Below, in pieces: positions 39,431-48,255 of a stretch of DNA of 48,255 bases. This DNA comes from an uncultured Pseudomonadales bacterium. Its GTDB lineage: Bacteria; Pseudomonadota; Gammaproteobacteria; Pseudomonadales; IMCC2047. The notes beneath the pieces were generated by a model that ran no database searches, was not told the origin of the DNA, and saw only the letters and a program-made list of their open reading frames with translations. The position numbers and the translations under genes are program-made. How positions within the stretch are numbered: the stretch's first letter is position 1; the number at the start of each line of letters is the position of its first letter. The DNA is taken from NCBI GenBank assembly GCA_947258415.1, contig CAMYIF010000015.1, forward strand, positions 1 to 48,255. Reading direction: 5' to 3'.

Positions 39431-40155
39431 ACCGTATTTTACTGATCGACGATGAAAAACTGGCCCGGGACCGGTTACGTCGCATGCTGGATGCTTCCAC
39501 TGAATACCAGGTTGTAGCCGAGGCCGAAAATGGCGTAGCTGCTATTGAGCAAACGCTTGAGCATCGCCCGGATGTGCTGCTGATGGATATCCGCATGCCA
39601 GGCATGGATGGCCTGGAGGCTGCCCAACATATTGCCCACATGGATAACCCGCCAGCGGTTATTTTTTGCACGGCATACGATGAGTACGCGATCAATGCCT
39701 TTGAAGTTCAGGCCATCGGTTATGTGCTCAAACCCGTTCGCAAGCAGCAATTATTCGATGCCCTCAAACGCGCCCGGCAATTGAGCCAACGGCAATTGTC
39801 AACATTCGCGGAACCGGAAGTCGAGAAGACGCACTTGTCGATAAAAACCGGTGCGGGTATCGAGCTTGTTGCCCTGGTCGATATCAGCCATTTCATGGCC
39901 GATCAAAAATACGTAACCGCCTTCTGCGGACAGCGTGAATTAATCATCGATGAATCGCTTAAACAACTCGAGCAGGTGATCGGGAATAGCTTCGTTCGTA
40001 TTCACCGTAATTGCCTGGTGGCAACTGATTGTATCGAGGCGCTGGTTCGTAACAAGTCCGGTCAAAGCCATATAAAACTCAAGAACAGCGAACACATTCT
40101 GGCGATCAGCAGACGGCATTTATCAGCGGTAAAACAGCGAATCAACACGCTCTAG
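39427..40155 (+). CDS. algR: LytTR-family response regulator AlgR
   Basis: Receiver domain (ILLIDDE.., DVLLMDIRMPGMDG, KP) plus a C-terminal LytTR DNA-binding domain (FVRIHRNCLV). Sits between algZ and hemC, as in Pseudomonas. Confidence 0.9.
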   Translation: MNRILLIDDEKLARDRLRRMLDASTEYQVVAEAENGVAAIEQTLEHRPDVLLMDIRMPGMDGLEAAQHIAHMDNPPAVIFCTAYDEYAINAFEVQAIGYVLKPVRKQQLFDALKRARQLSQRQLSTFAEPEVEKTHLSIKTGAGIELVALVDISHFMADQKYVTAFCGQRELIIDESLKQLEQVIGNSFVRIHRNCLVATDCIEALVRNKSGQSHIKLKNSEHILAISRRHLSAVKQRINTL

Positions 40156-40266
40156 AGTACTGGGATTGACAGTTTTTCCTGACGCGACTCATGTTTACAA
40201 TCCTTGCCAAATGGCCCAACATACCCCTTGTATTTTACCTTTTTTAAATCAGGAAAATGGTGACTC

Positions 40267-41202
40267 ATGCTGAACAAGGTGCTGCGTATAGCCACGCGTG
40301 GCAGCGAGCTGGCTTTGTGGCAGGCAGAAGACGTTAAAGCCAAGTTGGAAAGCCTGCACCAGGGGCTTAAAATCGAGCTCGTTGTCCTGAAAACCCGTGG
40401 CGACAAAATCCTGGACGCACCATTGGCAAAAGTCGGTGGCAAGGGACTCTTTGTCAAGGAACTGGAAAATGCCATACTCGAGGGGCGCGCTGATATTGCC
40501 GTGCACTCGATGAAGGATGTGCCGATGGATTTTCCAGAGGGACTGGGGCTCGCAGTTATCTGCGAACGGGAAGATCCGACCGACGCCTTTGTTTCCAACC
40601 AGTACGACACGCTGGAATCGCTACCGAAAGGCGCGTGCGTGGGAACGTCGAGCCTGCGCAGGCAATGCCATATTAAGGCAATGCGAGGCGATATTCACAT
40701 CGAATTCCTGCGCGGCAACGTGAATACCCGCCTGGCAAAACTCGATGCCGGGCAATACGATGCAATTATCCTGGCCTCCGCCGGCCTGAAACGGCTGGGT
40801 AAGGCCGATCGAATCAGGCAGCGCTTATCCCCGGAACAGAGCCTGCCCGCCGCCGGTCAGGGCGCCGTGGGTATTGAATGTCGCATAGACGACCAGGAAA
40901 CCCGGGCGTTAATTGCGCCCTTGCAGCACGAAGAGACGGCAACAAGGGTCAAGGCCGAGCGCGCAATGAATAAAACGCTCAACGGGGGTTGCCAGGTGCC
41001 GATTGCCGGTTTTGCGAAACTCGAATCGGGACAGCTGTACTTGCGCGGTACCGTTGCCGACCCGAACAGTGACACGATATTGTTTGCCGAAAGAGATGGC
41101 CCTGCAGACTCGGCTGAACAGTTGGGCAGGGCCGTTGCCAGGGATTTATTGTCCCAGGGCGCAGATAAAATATTGTCGGCAATTTATTCGGGCAATGAGT
41201 AA
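40267..41202 (+). CDS. hemC: hydroxymethylbilane synthase (porphobilinogen deaminase)
   Basis: [28 protein letters not shown], and AGQGAVGIE with the cofactor Cys region NGGCQVPI. Confidence 0.96.
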   Translation: MLNKVLRIATRGSELALWQAEDVKAKLESLHQGLKIELVVLKTRGDKILDAPLAKVGGKGLFVKELENAILEGRADIAVHSMKDVPMDFPEGLGLAVICEREDPTDAFVSNQYDTLESLPKGACVGTSSLRRQCHIKAMRGDIHIEFLRGNVNTRLAKLDAGQYDAIILASAGLKRLGKADRIRQRLSPEQSLPAAGQGAVGIECRIDDQETRALIAPLQHEETATRVKAERAMNKTLNGGCQVPIAGFAKLESGQLYLRGTVADPNSDTILFAERDGPADSAEQLGRAVARDLLSQGADKILSAIYSGNE

Positions 41203-41968
41203 GCCGGGCAATAAAGGACTGGATGGGTTAAAGGTACTGGTGACCCGACCTGCCCGGCAATCAAGACAATTAAGCGATGCCATTCGGGTTGCCGGTGGCC
41301 ATCCTGTTGAAATGCCAATGCTGGAAATCAGGGTCTTGCCTGAAAATCCGTCCACCAGGGACAAGGTACTTAACCTGGATCGTTACGACATTGTTATTGC
41401 GGTGAGCGCGAACGCGGCCAAAATCGGGCTAGACCTGGTCAATTGCTACTGGCCGCAACTACCAGCACATATCATCTGGCTAACCGTCGGGCCCGCCAGT
41501 GGTAAATTGCTGGCTGACTACGGCATTGATGCAAGGTTTCCCCAAAAGGGAGCCAACAGCGAAGGCCTGCTGCGCATGCCCGAACTACAACAGGTACAGG
41601 GTTTAAGGATTCTGATCATGAAAGGCATGGGTGGACGTCAACTACTGGCGCAAACGCTTGCGGCTGCCGGCGCGCGTATTGATGAAGTGGAACTTTACCA
41701 TCGCGACAAGCCTGCTTACAGTAATAATGAATTAAAGGCCCTGCTGAACCGTAAACGCCCGGATGTGGTTCTGGCCACCAGCGTTAATATCCTTGATAAC
41801 CTTGAGGCAATTATCAGTCCCCTGCTGGCGTCGATGAAATCTCTCCCTCTGGTTGTTGCCAGCGATAGAATTGCCGAGCACGCAAGGCTTTTGGGCTTCA
41901 ATAAAATCATCATAGCCGACGACGCCTCGAACCAGGCAATTCTGAAGGCGATAAACAATTTATCCTGA
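41195..41968 (+). CDS. hemD: uroporphyrinogen-III synthase
   Basis: 257 aa from the ATG at 41195 (8-nt overlap with the hemC stop): [20 protein letters not shown].. Positioned between hemC and hemX. The track ORF (from 41003) is an out-of-frame overlap with hemC. Confidence 0.88.
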   Translation: MSKPGNKGLDGLKVLVTRPARQSRQLSDAIRVAGGHPVEMPMLEIRVLPENPSTRDKVLNLDRYDIVIAVSANAAKIGLDLVNCYWPQLPAHIIWLTVGPASGKLLADYGIDARFPQKGANSEGLLRMPELQQVQGLRILIMKGMGGRQLLAQTLAAAGARIDEVELYHRDKPAYSNNELKALLNRKRPDVVLATSVNILDNLEAIISPLLASMKSLPLVVASDRIAEHARLLGFNKIIIADDASNQAILKAINNLS

Positions 41969-42054
41969 CGGTTAAGATGCCGGTTTGGGCTATGCTCGGT
42001 GCATTAAATGTAATAGGATAAGTTTTTACTTTACGACAATCTGGGTACAAGGTT

Positions 42055-43470
42055 ATGGCGGAAAAGGATAAAGAGTCGGAGAAAAAAGCAGCCGCTCCAG
42101 ACGAGAAAACAGAGTCGGAGAAAAAAGCAGTCGCTCCAGACGCGAAAACAGAGCCGGAGAAAAAAGCAGCTCCAGACGCGAAAACAGATTCGGAGAAAAA
42201 AGCAGCAGCTCCAGACGCGAAAACAGAGTCGGAGAAAAAAGTAACTCCAGACGCAAAAACAGATAAAGGAACCGGCGGAAAAGAACAAGTAGAACCCGTC
42301 AAGTCAGAGACAAGCAAGCCCCGGGAGCCAGCACCCCCTTTAAAGAAACCCTCGACTGGCAGCGCACAACCCGAGAGAAAACCTGTCCAGGATAGTCCTC
42401 CCCCTGCGAGCCAGGAGCAAAAAAAATCCGGTAGCGGGATTGTATGGCTGGCGTTGTTGCTGGCATTGGTGGCAAGTGGCGGAGCCGGCTATACCTACTG
42501 GACGCTTAATCAATACAAGGTCGCAGACCAAACCTCTACGAACGATGTTGAACAGCGCGCACTCCAGGCCATTGAAAGTCAATCAAAAACGATCACCTCG
42601 GGTGTTGAACAACAGAACCGGCAAATCCAGGAGCAAGACAGGATTGTACGGGAACTGGAAGCACGCCTTGTTGCAACCCTGCGCCAGGTAAACGAGATTA
42701 GCCATGTCAGCCGGCGCAGCTGGATGCTGGCAGAAGCCGAATACCTGCTTCGCCTGGCCAACCAGCGATTGATCATGGAAAAGGAAATCAGCAGCCCTCT
42801 GGCCCTGTTAAAGGCGGCAGATGAAATCCTGTTAACCGTCGATGATGTCAACCTGTACCCGGTACGTGCCGAGCTGGCGAAAGAGATCGAGGCCTTAAAA
42901 GCGATCGGGCGAATGGATATTGAAGGTGTTTTTCTCAAGTTAAACGCACTTGAACAACAGGTCTCGAACCTTGCTCTGTTATCGCCCGAGCCCGGGGAAA
43001 AACAGGCCGAAACTGAAACGGTTAAAGAACAAAGCGATGTGTTAAAAACCATGGATCGCGCCGTAAGTCGGCTCAGTGACCTGGTTCGTATCAGGCATCG
43101 TAACGAACCCGTTGAACCCCTGCTGTCTCCCGAGCATCACCAATACCTGCAGCAGAACTTGCGTTTAATGATGGAACAGGCGCAATTGGCCTTGTTGCAG
43201 CAGCGTGCCAGCCTGTATAAGCAAAGTCTTGAGAAGGCTGAGCACTGGGTGCATACCTATTTTCAGCTTAACGATTCGGCGGACGGTGTATTGTCAAGCC
43301 TGGCCGAATTGAAAGAATTAAATGTTGCACCCGAATTGCCGGATATTTCTGCCTCTCTGGCAATGCTTAAAAAATACCTGAGTAACCCTGATATTCTTTT
43401 GGAGCAAAAGGGTGGAAATAAACCTGCTGGTCAAGCCAGCACGCGACCTCCAATGAACGGAGGGACATAA
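42055..43470 (+). CDS. hemX: HemX-family membrane protein with repeat-rich N-terminus
   Basis: Position after hemD. Single TM (GIVWLALLLALVASGGAGY) followed by a long coiled-coil region (WMLAEAEYLLRLANQRL is the HemX signature stretch). The N-terminal 65 aa are five EKKAAAPDAKT(E/D)S repeats. Confidence 0.85.
   Translation: MAEKDKESEKKAAAPDEKTESEKKAVAPDAKTEPEKKAAPDAKTDSEKKAAAPDAKTESEKKVTPDAKTDKGTGGKEQVEPVKSETSKPREPAPPLKKPSTGSAQPERKPVQDSPPPASQEQKKSGSGIVWLALLLALVASGGAGYTYWTLNQYKVADQTSTNDVEQRALQAIESQSKTITSGVEQQNRQIQEQDRIVRELEARLVATLRQVNEISHVSRRSWMLAEAEYLLRLANQRLIMEKEISSPLALLKAADEILLTVDDVNLYPVRAELAKEIEALKAIGRMDIEGVFLKLNALEQQVSNLALLSPEPGEKQAETETVKEQSDVLKTMDRAVSRLSDLVRIRHRNEPVEPLLSPEHHQYLQQNLRLMMEQAQLALLQQRASLYKQSLEKAEHWVHTYFQLNDSADGVLSSLAELKELNVAPELPDISASLAMLKKYLSNPDILLEQKGGNKPAGQASTRPPMNGGT
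42073..42261. repeat. in-frame tandem repeat, 5 copies of 36-39 bp, inside hemX
   Basis: Units GAGTCGGAGAAAAAAGCAGCCGCTCCAGACGAGAAAACA x5 with point and 3-nt indel variants (39, 39, 36, 39, 36 bp). They encode (E/D)(S/P)EKKA(A/V)(A)PD(A/E)KT. Confidence 0.9.
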
Positions 43471-43472
43471 AC

Positions 43473-44735
43473 GTGAAAAAACTTTTCATATTATTGTTAC
43501 TGGCCTTGGTTGCCAGCGTTTATGTGGCGGGCAAGATCCAGCAGGATCCGGGGTATATCCTGATCTCATATAAAAATACCAGCGTAGAAACCAGCCTGTG
43601 GGTGGGTATTGTCCTGCTGGTTTTAACCGTCGCATTAGTCTATTTTGCCTTGTGGTTTTTACACCGGCTTTTAGGCACTGGCAAGGCCTTCAGGCGATGG
43701 TCGTCCAATATCAGCCACAGGCGCAGTATCAGCAAATCGGCAGAAGGCTTGATAGCCTTGCAGGAAGGCGAGTGGATCCAGGCGCAGAAAAAACTCACCC
43801 AGGCAGCCAAAAACTCCGAGTTGCCGGTGTTTAATTACCTGTCTGCAGCCCGCGCGGCATCTGAAAATAACGATGATGAGGCCGCCAATGCCCTGTTTGC
43901 CAAGGCATATGAGCTGGCACCGCAATCCGAGCTGGCGATCAGCCTGACCAAGGCAGAATTATTGATACAAAAAGGAGAGTATGAAAAAGCCCGGGCCGCG
44001 TTAGAGCTTTTGAAAAAAACGCATGGCAAGCACAAGCGTGTTCATATTCTGCTCTACTATGTCTACCTGAGGCTTGAAGACTGGAAAGCACTGAATGATT
44101 TGCTGCCAATGTTGCGCAAATTAAGAATTTCATTGACCGGGCTCGATCAGCTGGAAGAAAAAGCCGTGCTGCAATCGATTGAAATTGCCGCCAATGAAGA
44201 GTTCATACCCGCGCCGGATCGCGCCGTGGCTGTACGTGATATCTGGAATAAAACACCGGTCAGAATCCGTCGCCAGGAAGCATCAACCCTGGCCTACGTC
44301 AACGCATTGAAAAATAACGAGAAAGGTGACTGGGCCGAACCCGCGATCAGGGATGCGATAAAAGCAGAATGGAGCGAAGCACTGGTCGAACAGTATGGCC
44401 TGATCGAAGGTAAGGGCATTGCGAATCAATTATCAACCGCCGAAAAATGGTTGAAACAGCAACCCGAAAGCCCGGCGTTATTATTGGCCCTGGGCCGATT
44501 GAGCCTGCGCAATAAATTATGGGGTAAGGCGAGGGAATATTTTCTCGCTCGTGTGAAAGTTGCCCCGAGCACCGAGGCGTACGCCGAGCTCGGGCGCCTG
44601 CTCGAACATATGGGTGATACATCAGAAGAGCATGAACAGGCACTGAAAAGCTTCCAGCTTACCAAAGCAGAATTGCCTGCACTTCCCTTGCCCGAACCGC
44701 AGTTGGTCGATATTTCCAAATCGGCGTCTCTCTAG
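43473..44735 (+). CDS. hemY: HemY-family protein (N-terminal TM helices plus TPR)
   Basis: GTG start 2 nt after the hemX stop. Two N-terminal TM helices (LFILLLLALVASVYV; LWVGIVLLVLTVALVYFALWFL), then a TPR-like region (..LLLALGRLSLRNKLWGKAREYF..). Position after hemX. Confidence 0.85.
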   Translation: MKKLFILLLLALVASVYVAGKIQQDPGYILISYKNTSVETSLWVGIVLLVLTVALVYFALWFLHRLLGTGKAFRRWSSNISHRRSISKSAEGLIALQEGEWIQAQKKLTQAAKNSELPVFNYLSAARAASENNDDEAANALFAKAYELAPQSELAISLTKAELLIQKGEYEKARAALELLKKTHGKHKRVHILLYYVYLRLEDWKALNDLLPMLRKLRISLTGLDQLEEKAVLQSIEIAANEEFIPAPDRAVAVRDIWNKTPVRIRRQEASTLAYVNALKNNEKGDWAEPAIRDAIKAEWSEALVEQYGLIEGKGIANQLSTAEKWLKQQPESPALLLALGRLSLRNKLWGKAREYFLARVKVAPSTEAYAELGRLLEHMGDTSEEHEQALKSFQLTKAELPALPLPEPQLVDISKSASL

Positions 44736-44759
44736 GGCAAGTCTTTGGTTGCCTGCCAG

Positions 44760-45482
44760 CTACCTCGGTGCGTAACTAAAAGTATCCGAGTGAACCTGGC
44801 TTTCATCCAGTCCATGGTCAACCATCACATCCAGTGTTGCGTAGACCATCGCCGGTGAGCCGCTGATAAAAACCTGGGCACCTTCGAAATTGTCAAAGTC
44901 TTCGCACACGGCATCGTGGAGCAGGCCTTGCCGACCTTGCCAGTCACTATCCTTGCCCGCTTCGCTGATAACCGGGATATAGTGGAAATTGCTGTGTTCC
45001 TCCAGCCATGCAAGTATATGCTCCGAGCTATACAGGTTCTCTGCTTTTCTCTCGCCCCTGTAAAGGTGTATCGGGTTGCTCATTTTGCGGGCAAATACCT
45101 CGTGCAGTATTGATAGCATCTGGGCAAATCCGGTCCCGGCCGCGATTAATATCAGCGGGGATGCATCTTTAATTACAGGCGTATCCGGTAAATAACAATC
45201 GCCCTGGGGTGGGTCTACCATGATAGTAGGCTGCTTGAGTGTTTCGAATACCTGACGTGAGGATTCCTGTTCTGGAACGTTCAGTATGTGTAACTCGATG
45301 GTGCGGTTATCACGTGGTGAACTGGCGATCGAAAAAGGACAGAATTCGCCCGATAACAGTTGTATCTGCAGGTGTTGCCCGGCACGAAAGGGTATGGGTT
45401 GTCCGTTAACCGGCACCAGTATAACCCTGTAAACTGACACGCTGATTGGTGTGCAAGAGGCTACTCTACAGGGGATATGCAT
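44760..45482 (-). CDS. fre: NAD(P)H-flavin reductase
   Basis: MHIPCRVASCTPISVSVYRV..FRAGQHLQI..PFSIAS..ILIAAGTGFAQ..IHLYRGER.. is colinear with E. coli Fre (MTTLSCKVTSVEAITDTVYRV..FRAGQYL..PFSMAS..LIAGGTGFS). Adjacent to ubiD, as in E. coli. ATG at 45482. Confidence 0.88.
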   Translation of the reverse strand: MHIPCRVASCTPISVSVYRVILVPVNGQPIPFRAGQHLQIQLLSGEFCPFSIASSPRDNRTIELHILNVPEQESSRQVFETLKQPTIMVDPPQGDCYLPDTPVIKDASPLILIAAGTGFAQMLSILHEVFARKMSNPIHLYRGERKAENLYSSEHILAWLEEHSNFHYIPVISEAGKDSDWQGRQGLLHDAVCEDFDNFEGAQVFISGSPAMVYATLDVMVDHGLDESQVHSDTFSYAPR

Positions 45483-45526
45483 GGGCAATGCCTTTGGCTA
45501 ACGTTCATGGTGACGGTAATTCCTGG

Positions 45527-46993
45527 CTAGTCGATGCCAAGCTTATCCCAGATGGTGTCGACTTTCTGTTTCACTTCCCCGGTCATACTAATAGGTCTGC
45601 CCCATTCTCGATCCGTTTCGCCCGGAAATTTGTTGGTTGCATCGAAACCGATCTTTGAACCGAGTCCCGGTACAGGGGAGGCAAAATCGAGGTAGTCGAT
45701 CGGTGTATTGTCGATGATCAGCGTGTCCCGGCCAGGATCCATGCGCGTGGTCATCGCCCAGATTACGTCCTGCCAGTTGCGCGCGTCTACATCGTCGTCG
45801 GTTACGATAACAAATTTAGTATACATAAACTGGCGTAAAAAAGACCATACTCCCATCATCACGCGCTTGGCGTGACCGGCGTATTGCTTTTTCATCGTTA
45901 CTACCGCCATCCGGTAAGAGCAGCCTTCCGGAGGCAAATAGAAATCGACAATTTCCGGGTACTGCTTTTGCAAAATCGGTACAAACACTTCGTTCAGAGC
46001 GACACCCAGGATAGAGGGCTCGTCGGGCGGACGACCCGTGTAGGTGCTGAAATATATCGGGTCGGTTCTATGGGTTATGTGGGTAATGGTAAAAACCGGA
46101 AAGCGCTCGACTTCGTTATAGTAACCGGTGTGGTCGCCAAACGGACCTTCCATTGCCGTTTCGCCCGGCTCGATATAGCCTTCCAGGATAATCTCTGCGC
46201 TCGCGGGCACCTGCAGTGCGTTGCTGATGGATTTCACAAGTTCGGTTTTGTGACCGCGCAATAAACCCGCAAAAGCGTATTCCGACAATGAATCGGGCAC
46301 AGGTGTAACCGCGCCCAGAATCGTCGCCGGGTCGGCACCCAGCACTACCGAAACAGGGAAACGTTCGCCCGGATGCGTTTGTTGCCATTCCCTGAAGTCA
46401 AGGGCGCCACCACGGTGGGATAACCAGCGCATGATCACCTTGTTTTTGGCGATCACCTGCATACGGTAAATACCCAGGTTCTGCCGATCCTTGTGAGGAC
46501 CCTTGGTAATCACCAGGGGCCAGGTAATAAGTGGCGCCGCGTCTTCCGGCCAGCAGGTCTGGATGGGCAGCGCGGATAAGTCCACCTGGTCGCCTTCAAT
46601 TATATTTTCCTGGCAGGCTGCCTGGCTAACCACTCTGGGAGCCATGTTCATCACCTGTTTGAATATTGGCAATTTTGACCAGGCGTCCTTGAGGCCTTTT
46701 GGCGGATCGGGTTCTTTCAGGTAGGCGAGCAGTTTGCCAATTTCACGTAAATCTTCGACCGAGTTTCGGCCCATGCCCATGGCAACACGTTCGGGGGTGC
46801 CAAACAGGTTGGCAAGCAGCGGTATTGAATGGCCCTTCGGGTTTTCAAACAGCAGGGCAGGTCCGTTGCTACGCAGGCAACGATCACAAATTTCGGTTAT
46901 TTCCAGGTAAGGGTCGACGGCCTCGCTAATGCGTTTTAACTGTCCCTGTTTTTCCAGGACATCGATAAAATCGCGAAGGTCTTTATACTGCAT
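45527..46993 (-). CDS. ubiD: 4-hydroxy-3-polyprenylbenzoate decarboxylase
   Basis: [22 protein letters not shown] (E. coli ..YNDLRDFLTLLEQQGELKRI), ..NLGIYRMQV.., [11 protein letters not shown]. 488 aa. Confidence 0.95.
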   Translation of the reverse strand: MQYKDLRDFIDVLEKQGQLKRISEAVDPYLEITEICDRCLRSNGPALLFENPKGHSIPLLANLFGTPERVAMGMGRNSVEDLREIGKLLAYLKEPDPPKGLKDAWSKLPIFKQVMNMAPRVVSQAACQENIIEGDQVDLSALPIQTCWPEDAAPLITWPLVITKGPHKDRQNLGIYRMQVIAKNKVIMRWLSHRGGALDFREWQQTHPGERFPVSVVLGADPATILGAVTPVPDSLSEYAFAGLLRGHKTELVKSISNALQVPASAEIILEGYIEPGETAMEGPFGDHTGYYNEVERFPVFTITHITHRTDPIYFSTYTGRPPDEPSILGVALNEVFVPILQKQYPEIVDFYLPPEGCSYRMAVVTMKKQYAGHAKRVMMGVWSFLRQFMYTKFVIVTDDDVDARNWQDVIWAMTTRMDPGRDTLIIDNTPIDYLDFASPVPGLGSKIGFDATNKFPGETDREWGRPISMTGEVKQKVDTIWDKLGID

Positions 46994-47042
46994 GCTCGGG
47001 GTATCGCATAAAGCGCATTGGCTGCACAGGACAGCGACAGCG

Positions 47043-48255
47043 TCAGGTTCGCTTCATCGACAGGAAAAACTCATCGTTGGTTTTAAAGTCTTTCAGCTTG
47101 TCGAGCAAAAACTCCATCGCCGGGCCGTCTTCCATGGAGTTGAGCAGTTTTCGCAGGATCCACATTTTTTGCAGTTCATCTTCGGTTGTCAGGAGTTCTT
47201 CACGACGCGTACCCGAGCGGCGAATATTGATGGCGGGATAAACACGTTTTTCGGCAATTTTCCTGTCCAGGTGACATTCCATATTACCCGTACCCTTGAA
47301 TTCTTCATAGATAACTTCGTCCATTTTGGAGCCGGTATCCACCAGGGCGGTGGCAAGAATGGTCAGGCTGCCGCCTTCTTCAATATTACGCGCGGCACCA
47401 AAGAAACGTTTCGGACGTTCCAGCGCGTGTGCATCGACACCACCGGTTAATACTTTTCCTGAAGAAGGAACCACTGTGTTGTAGGCACGTGCCAGGCGTG
47501 TAATCGAGTCGAGTAATATGATGCAATCCTGTTTATGTTCAACCAGGCGCTTGGCTTTCTCGATAACCATTTCGGCCACTTGCACATGCCGTGATGGCGG
47601 CTCGTCAAAGGTGCTGGCAACGACTTCACCACGAACCGAACGCTGCATTTCTGTGACTTCTTCAGGGCGTTCATCGATCAGTAAAACGATCAGGTGGCAA
47701 TCGGGATTATTATTGGCGATGGACTGCGCAATATTTTGCAGCATAATGGTTTTACCGGCTTTCGGTGGTGAAACGATCAGGCCGCGCTGGCCCTTACCTA
47801 TCGGTGCTACCAGGTCCAGAACGCGGGCAGACAGATCTTCGGTGCTGCCATTGCCCCGCTCGAGAATCATACGCTCCGTCGGGAACAGGGGTGTCAGGTT
47901 TTCAAAAAGAATTTTGCCCTTGGCATTTTCAGGTTGGTCAAAGTTAATCTGGTTGACTTTCAATAGCGCGAAATAGCGTTCACTGTCTTTGGGGGGGCGA
48001 ATTTTACCGGAAATTGTGTCGCCGGTGCGCAGGTTAAAACGACGAATCTGGCTGGGTGAAACGTAGATGTCATCCGGACCCGCCAGGTAAGAACTGTCGG
48101 CTGAACGCAGGAAGCCGAAACCATCCTGGAGAATTTCAAGGATGCCATCGCCGAAAATATCGACCCCACTTTTGGCCTGTCGTTTAAGGATCGAGAAAAT
48201 TACGTCTTGTTTGCGGGATCTTGCCAGGTTGTCCAGACCGATTTCTTCGGCAATT
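47043..48255 (-). CDS. rho: transcription termination factor Rho; 5' end outside window
   Basis: The frame is open to the window edge: ..[82 protein letters not shown].. is near-identical to E. coli Rho. The track shows only the part after an internal TTG (47963). Confidence 0.97.
   Translation of the reverse strand, partial: IAEEIGLDNLARSRKQDVIFSILKRQAKSGVDIFGDGILEILQDGFGFLRSADSSYLAGPDDIYVSPSQIRRFNLRTGDTISGKIRPPKDSERYFALLKVNQINFDQPENAKGKILFENLTPLFPTERMILERGNGSTEDLSARVLDLVAPIGKGQRGLIVSPPKAGKTIMLQNIAQSIANNNPDCHLIVLLIDERPEEVTEMQRSVRGEVVASTFDEPPSRHVQVAEMVIEKAKRLVEHKQDCIILLDSITRLARAYNTVVPSSGKVLTGGVDAHALERPKRFFGAARNIEEGGSLTILATALVDTGSKMDEVIYEEFKGTGNMECHLDRKIAEKRVYPAINIRRSGTRREELLTTEDELQKMWILRKLLNSMEDGPAMEFLLDKLKDFKTNDEFFLSMKRT

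Noticed and set aside
41003-41194. N-terminal 64-codon extension of the hemD track ORF
   Set aside because: It overlaps the 3' end of hemC out of frame. The HemD-like sequence begins at the ATG at 41195, which overlaps the hemC stop in the usual coupled arrangement.
42031-42317. Three repetitive minus-strand ORFs (67-135 aa, FFS/FSR/LEL-rich) that might suggest a repeat protein or a CRISPR-like array
   Set aside because: They are reverse-frame images of the hemX tandem repeat. The units are contiguous with no spacers and are in frame with hemX, so this is not a CRISPR array or a separate gene.

Overview
This 48.3-kb window is a gene-dense, almost entirely housekeeping segment of a gammaproteobacterial chromosome. 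I call about 55 CDS. They fall into blocks that are also contiguous in E. coli and/or Pseudomonas: gcvP(3' end)-GcvR-like; gap; ubiC-ubiA; an HDOD protein; recG; spoT-rpoZ-gmk; yicC; rph-pyrE; slmA; the coaBC-dut-algC-argB operon; radC; rpmB-rpmG; mutM; a ferredoxin; coaD; rsmD; ftsY-ftsE-ftsX; rpoH; DUF423; trmB; lptM-lysA-dapF-DUF484; smrA; a TfoX-N protein; uup; argH; algZ-algR; hemC-hemD-hemX-hemY; fre; ubiD; rho (5' end outside the window). I found no rRNA, tRNA, CRISPR array, transposase, integrase, phage gene or recognisable defence gene. All intergenic gaps are 320 bp or shorter. I do not see convincing evidence for a new multi-gene system. Five things deserve a second look. (1) Two apparent out-of-frame deletion junctions in conserved genes: coaBC has lost its C-terminal part and reads in frame into dut, and rpoH has lost its last few codons and reads into a 5'-truncated DUF423 gene. 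(2) A small mer-like cassette (GDCCVxC-type Cys-rich protein plus a MerF-like transporter lacking the second Cys pair) joined to uup by ATGA overlaps, with a convergent CxxC...CxxC mini-protein and no merR/merA/merP. (3) AlgC has an N-terminal two-TM, periplasmic-domain extension of about 415 aa and no internal ATG for a short form. (4) A protein that looks like a YbaK-type deacylase domain fused to an HDOD domain. (5) An unannotated 53-aa TM ORF coupled to rsmD, and a 5-copy in-frame tandem repeat in hemX. All functional calls rest on motif recognition by eye; no searches were run.
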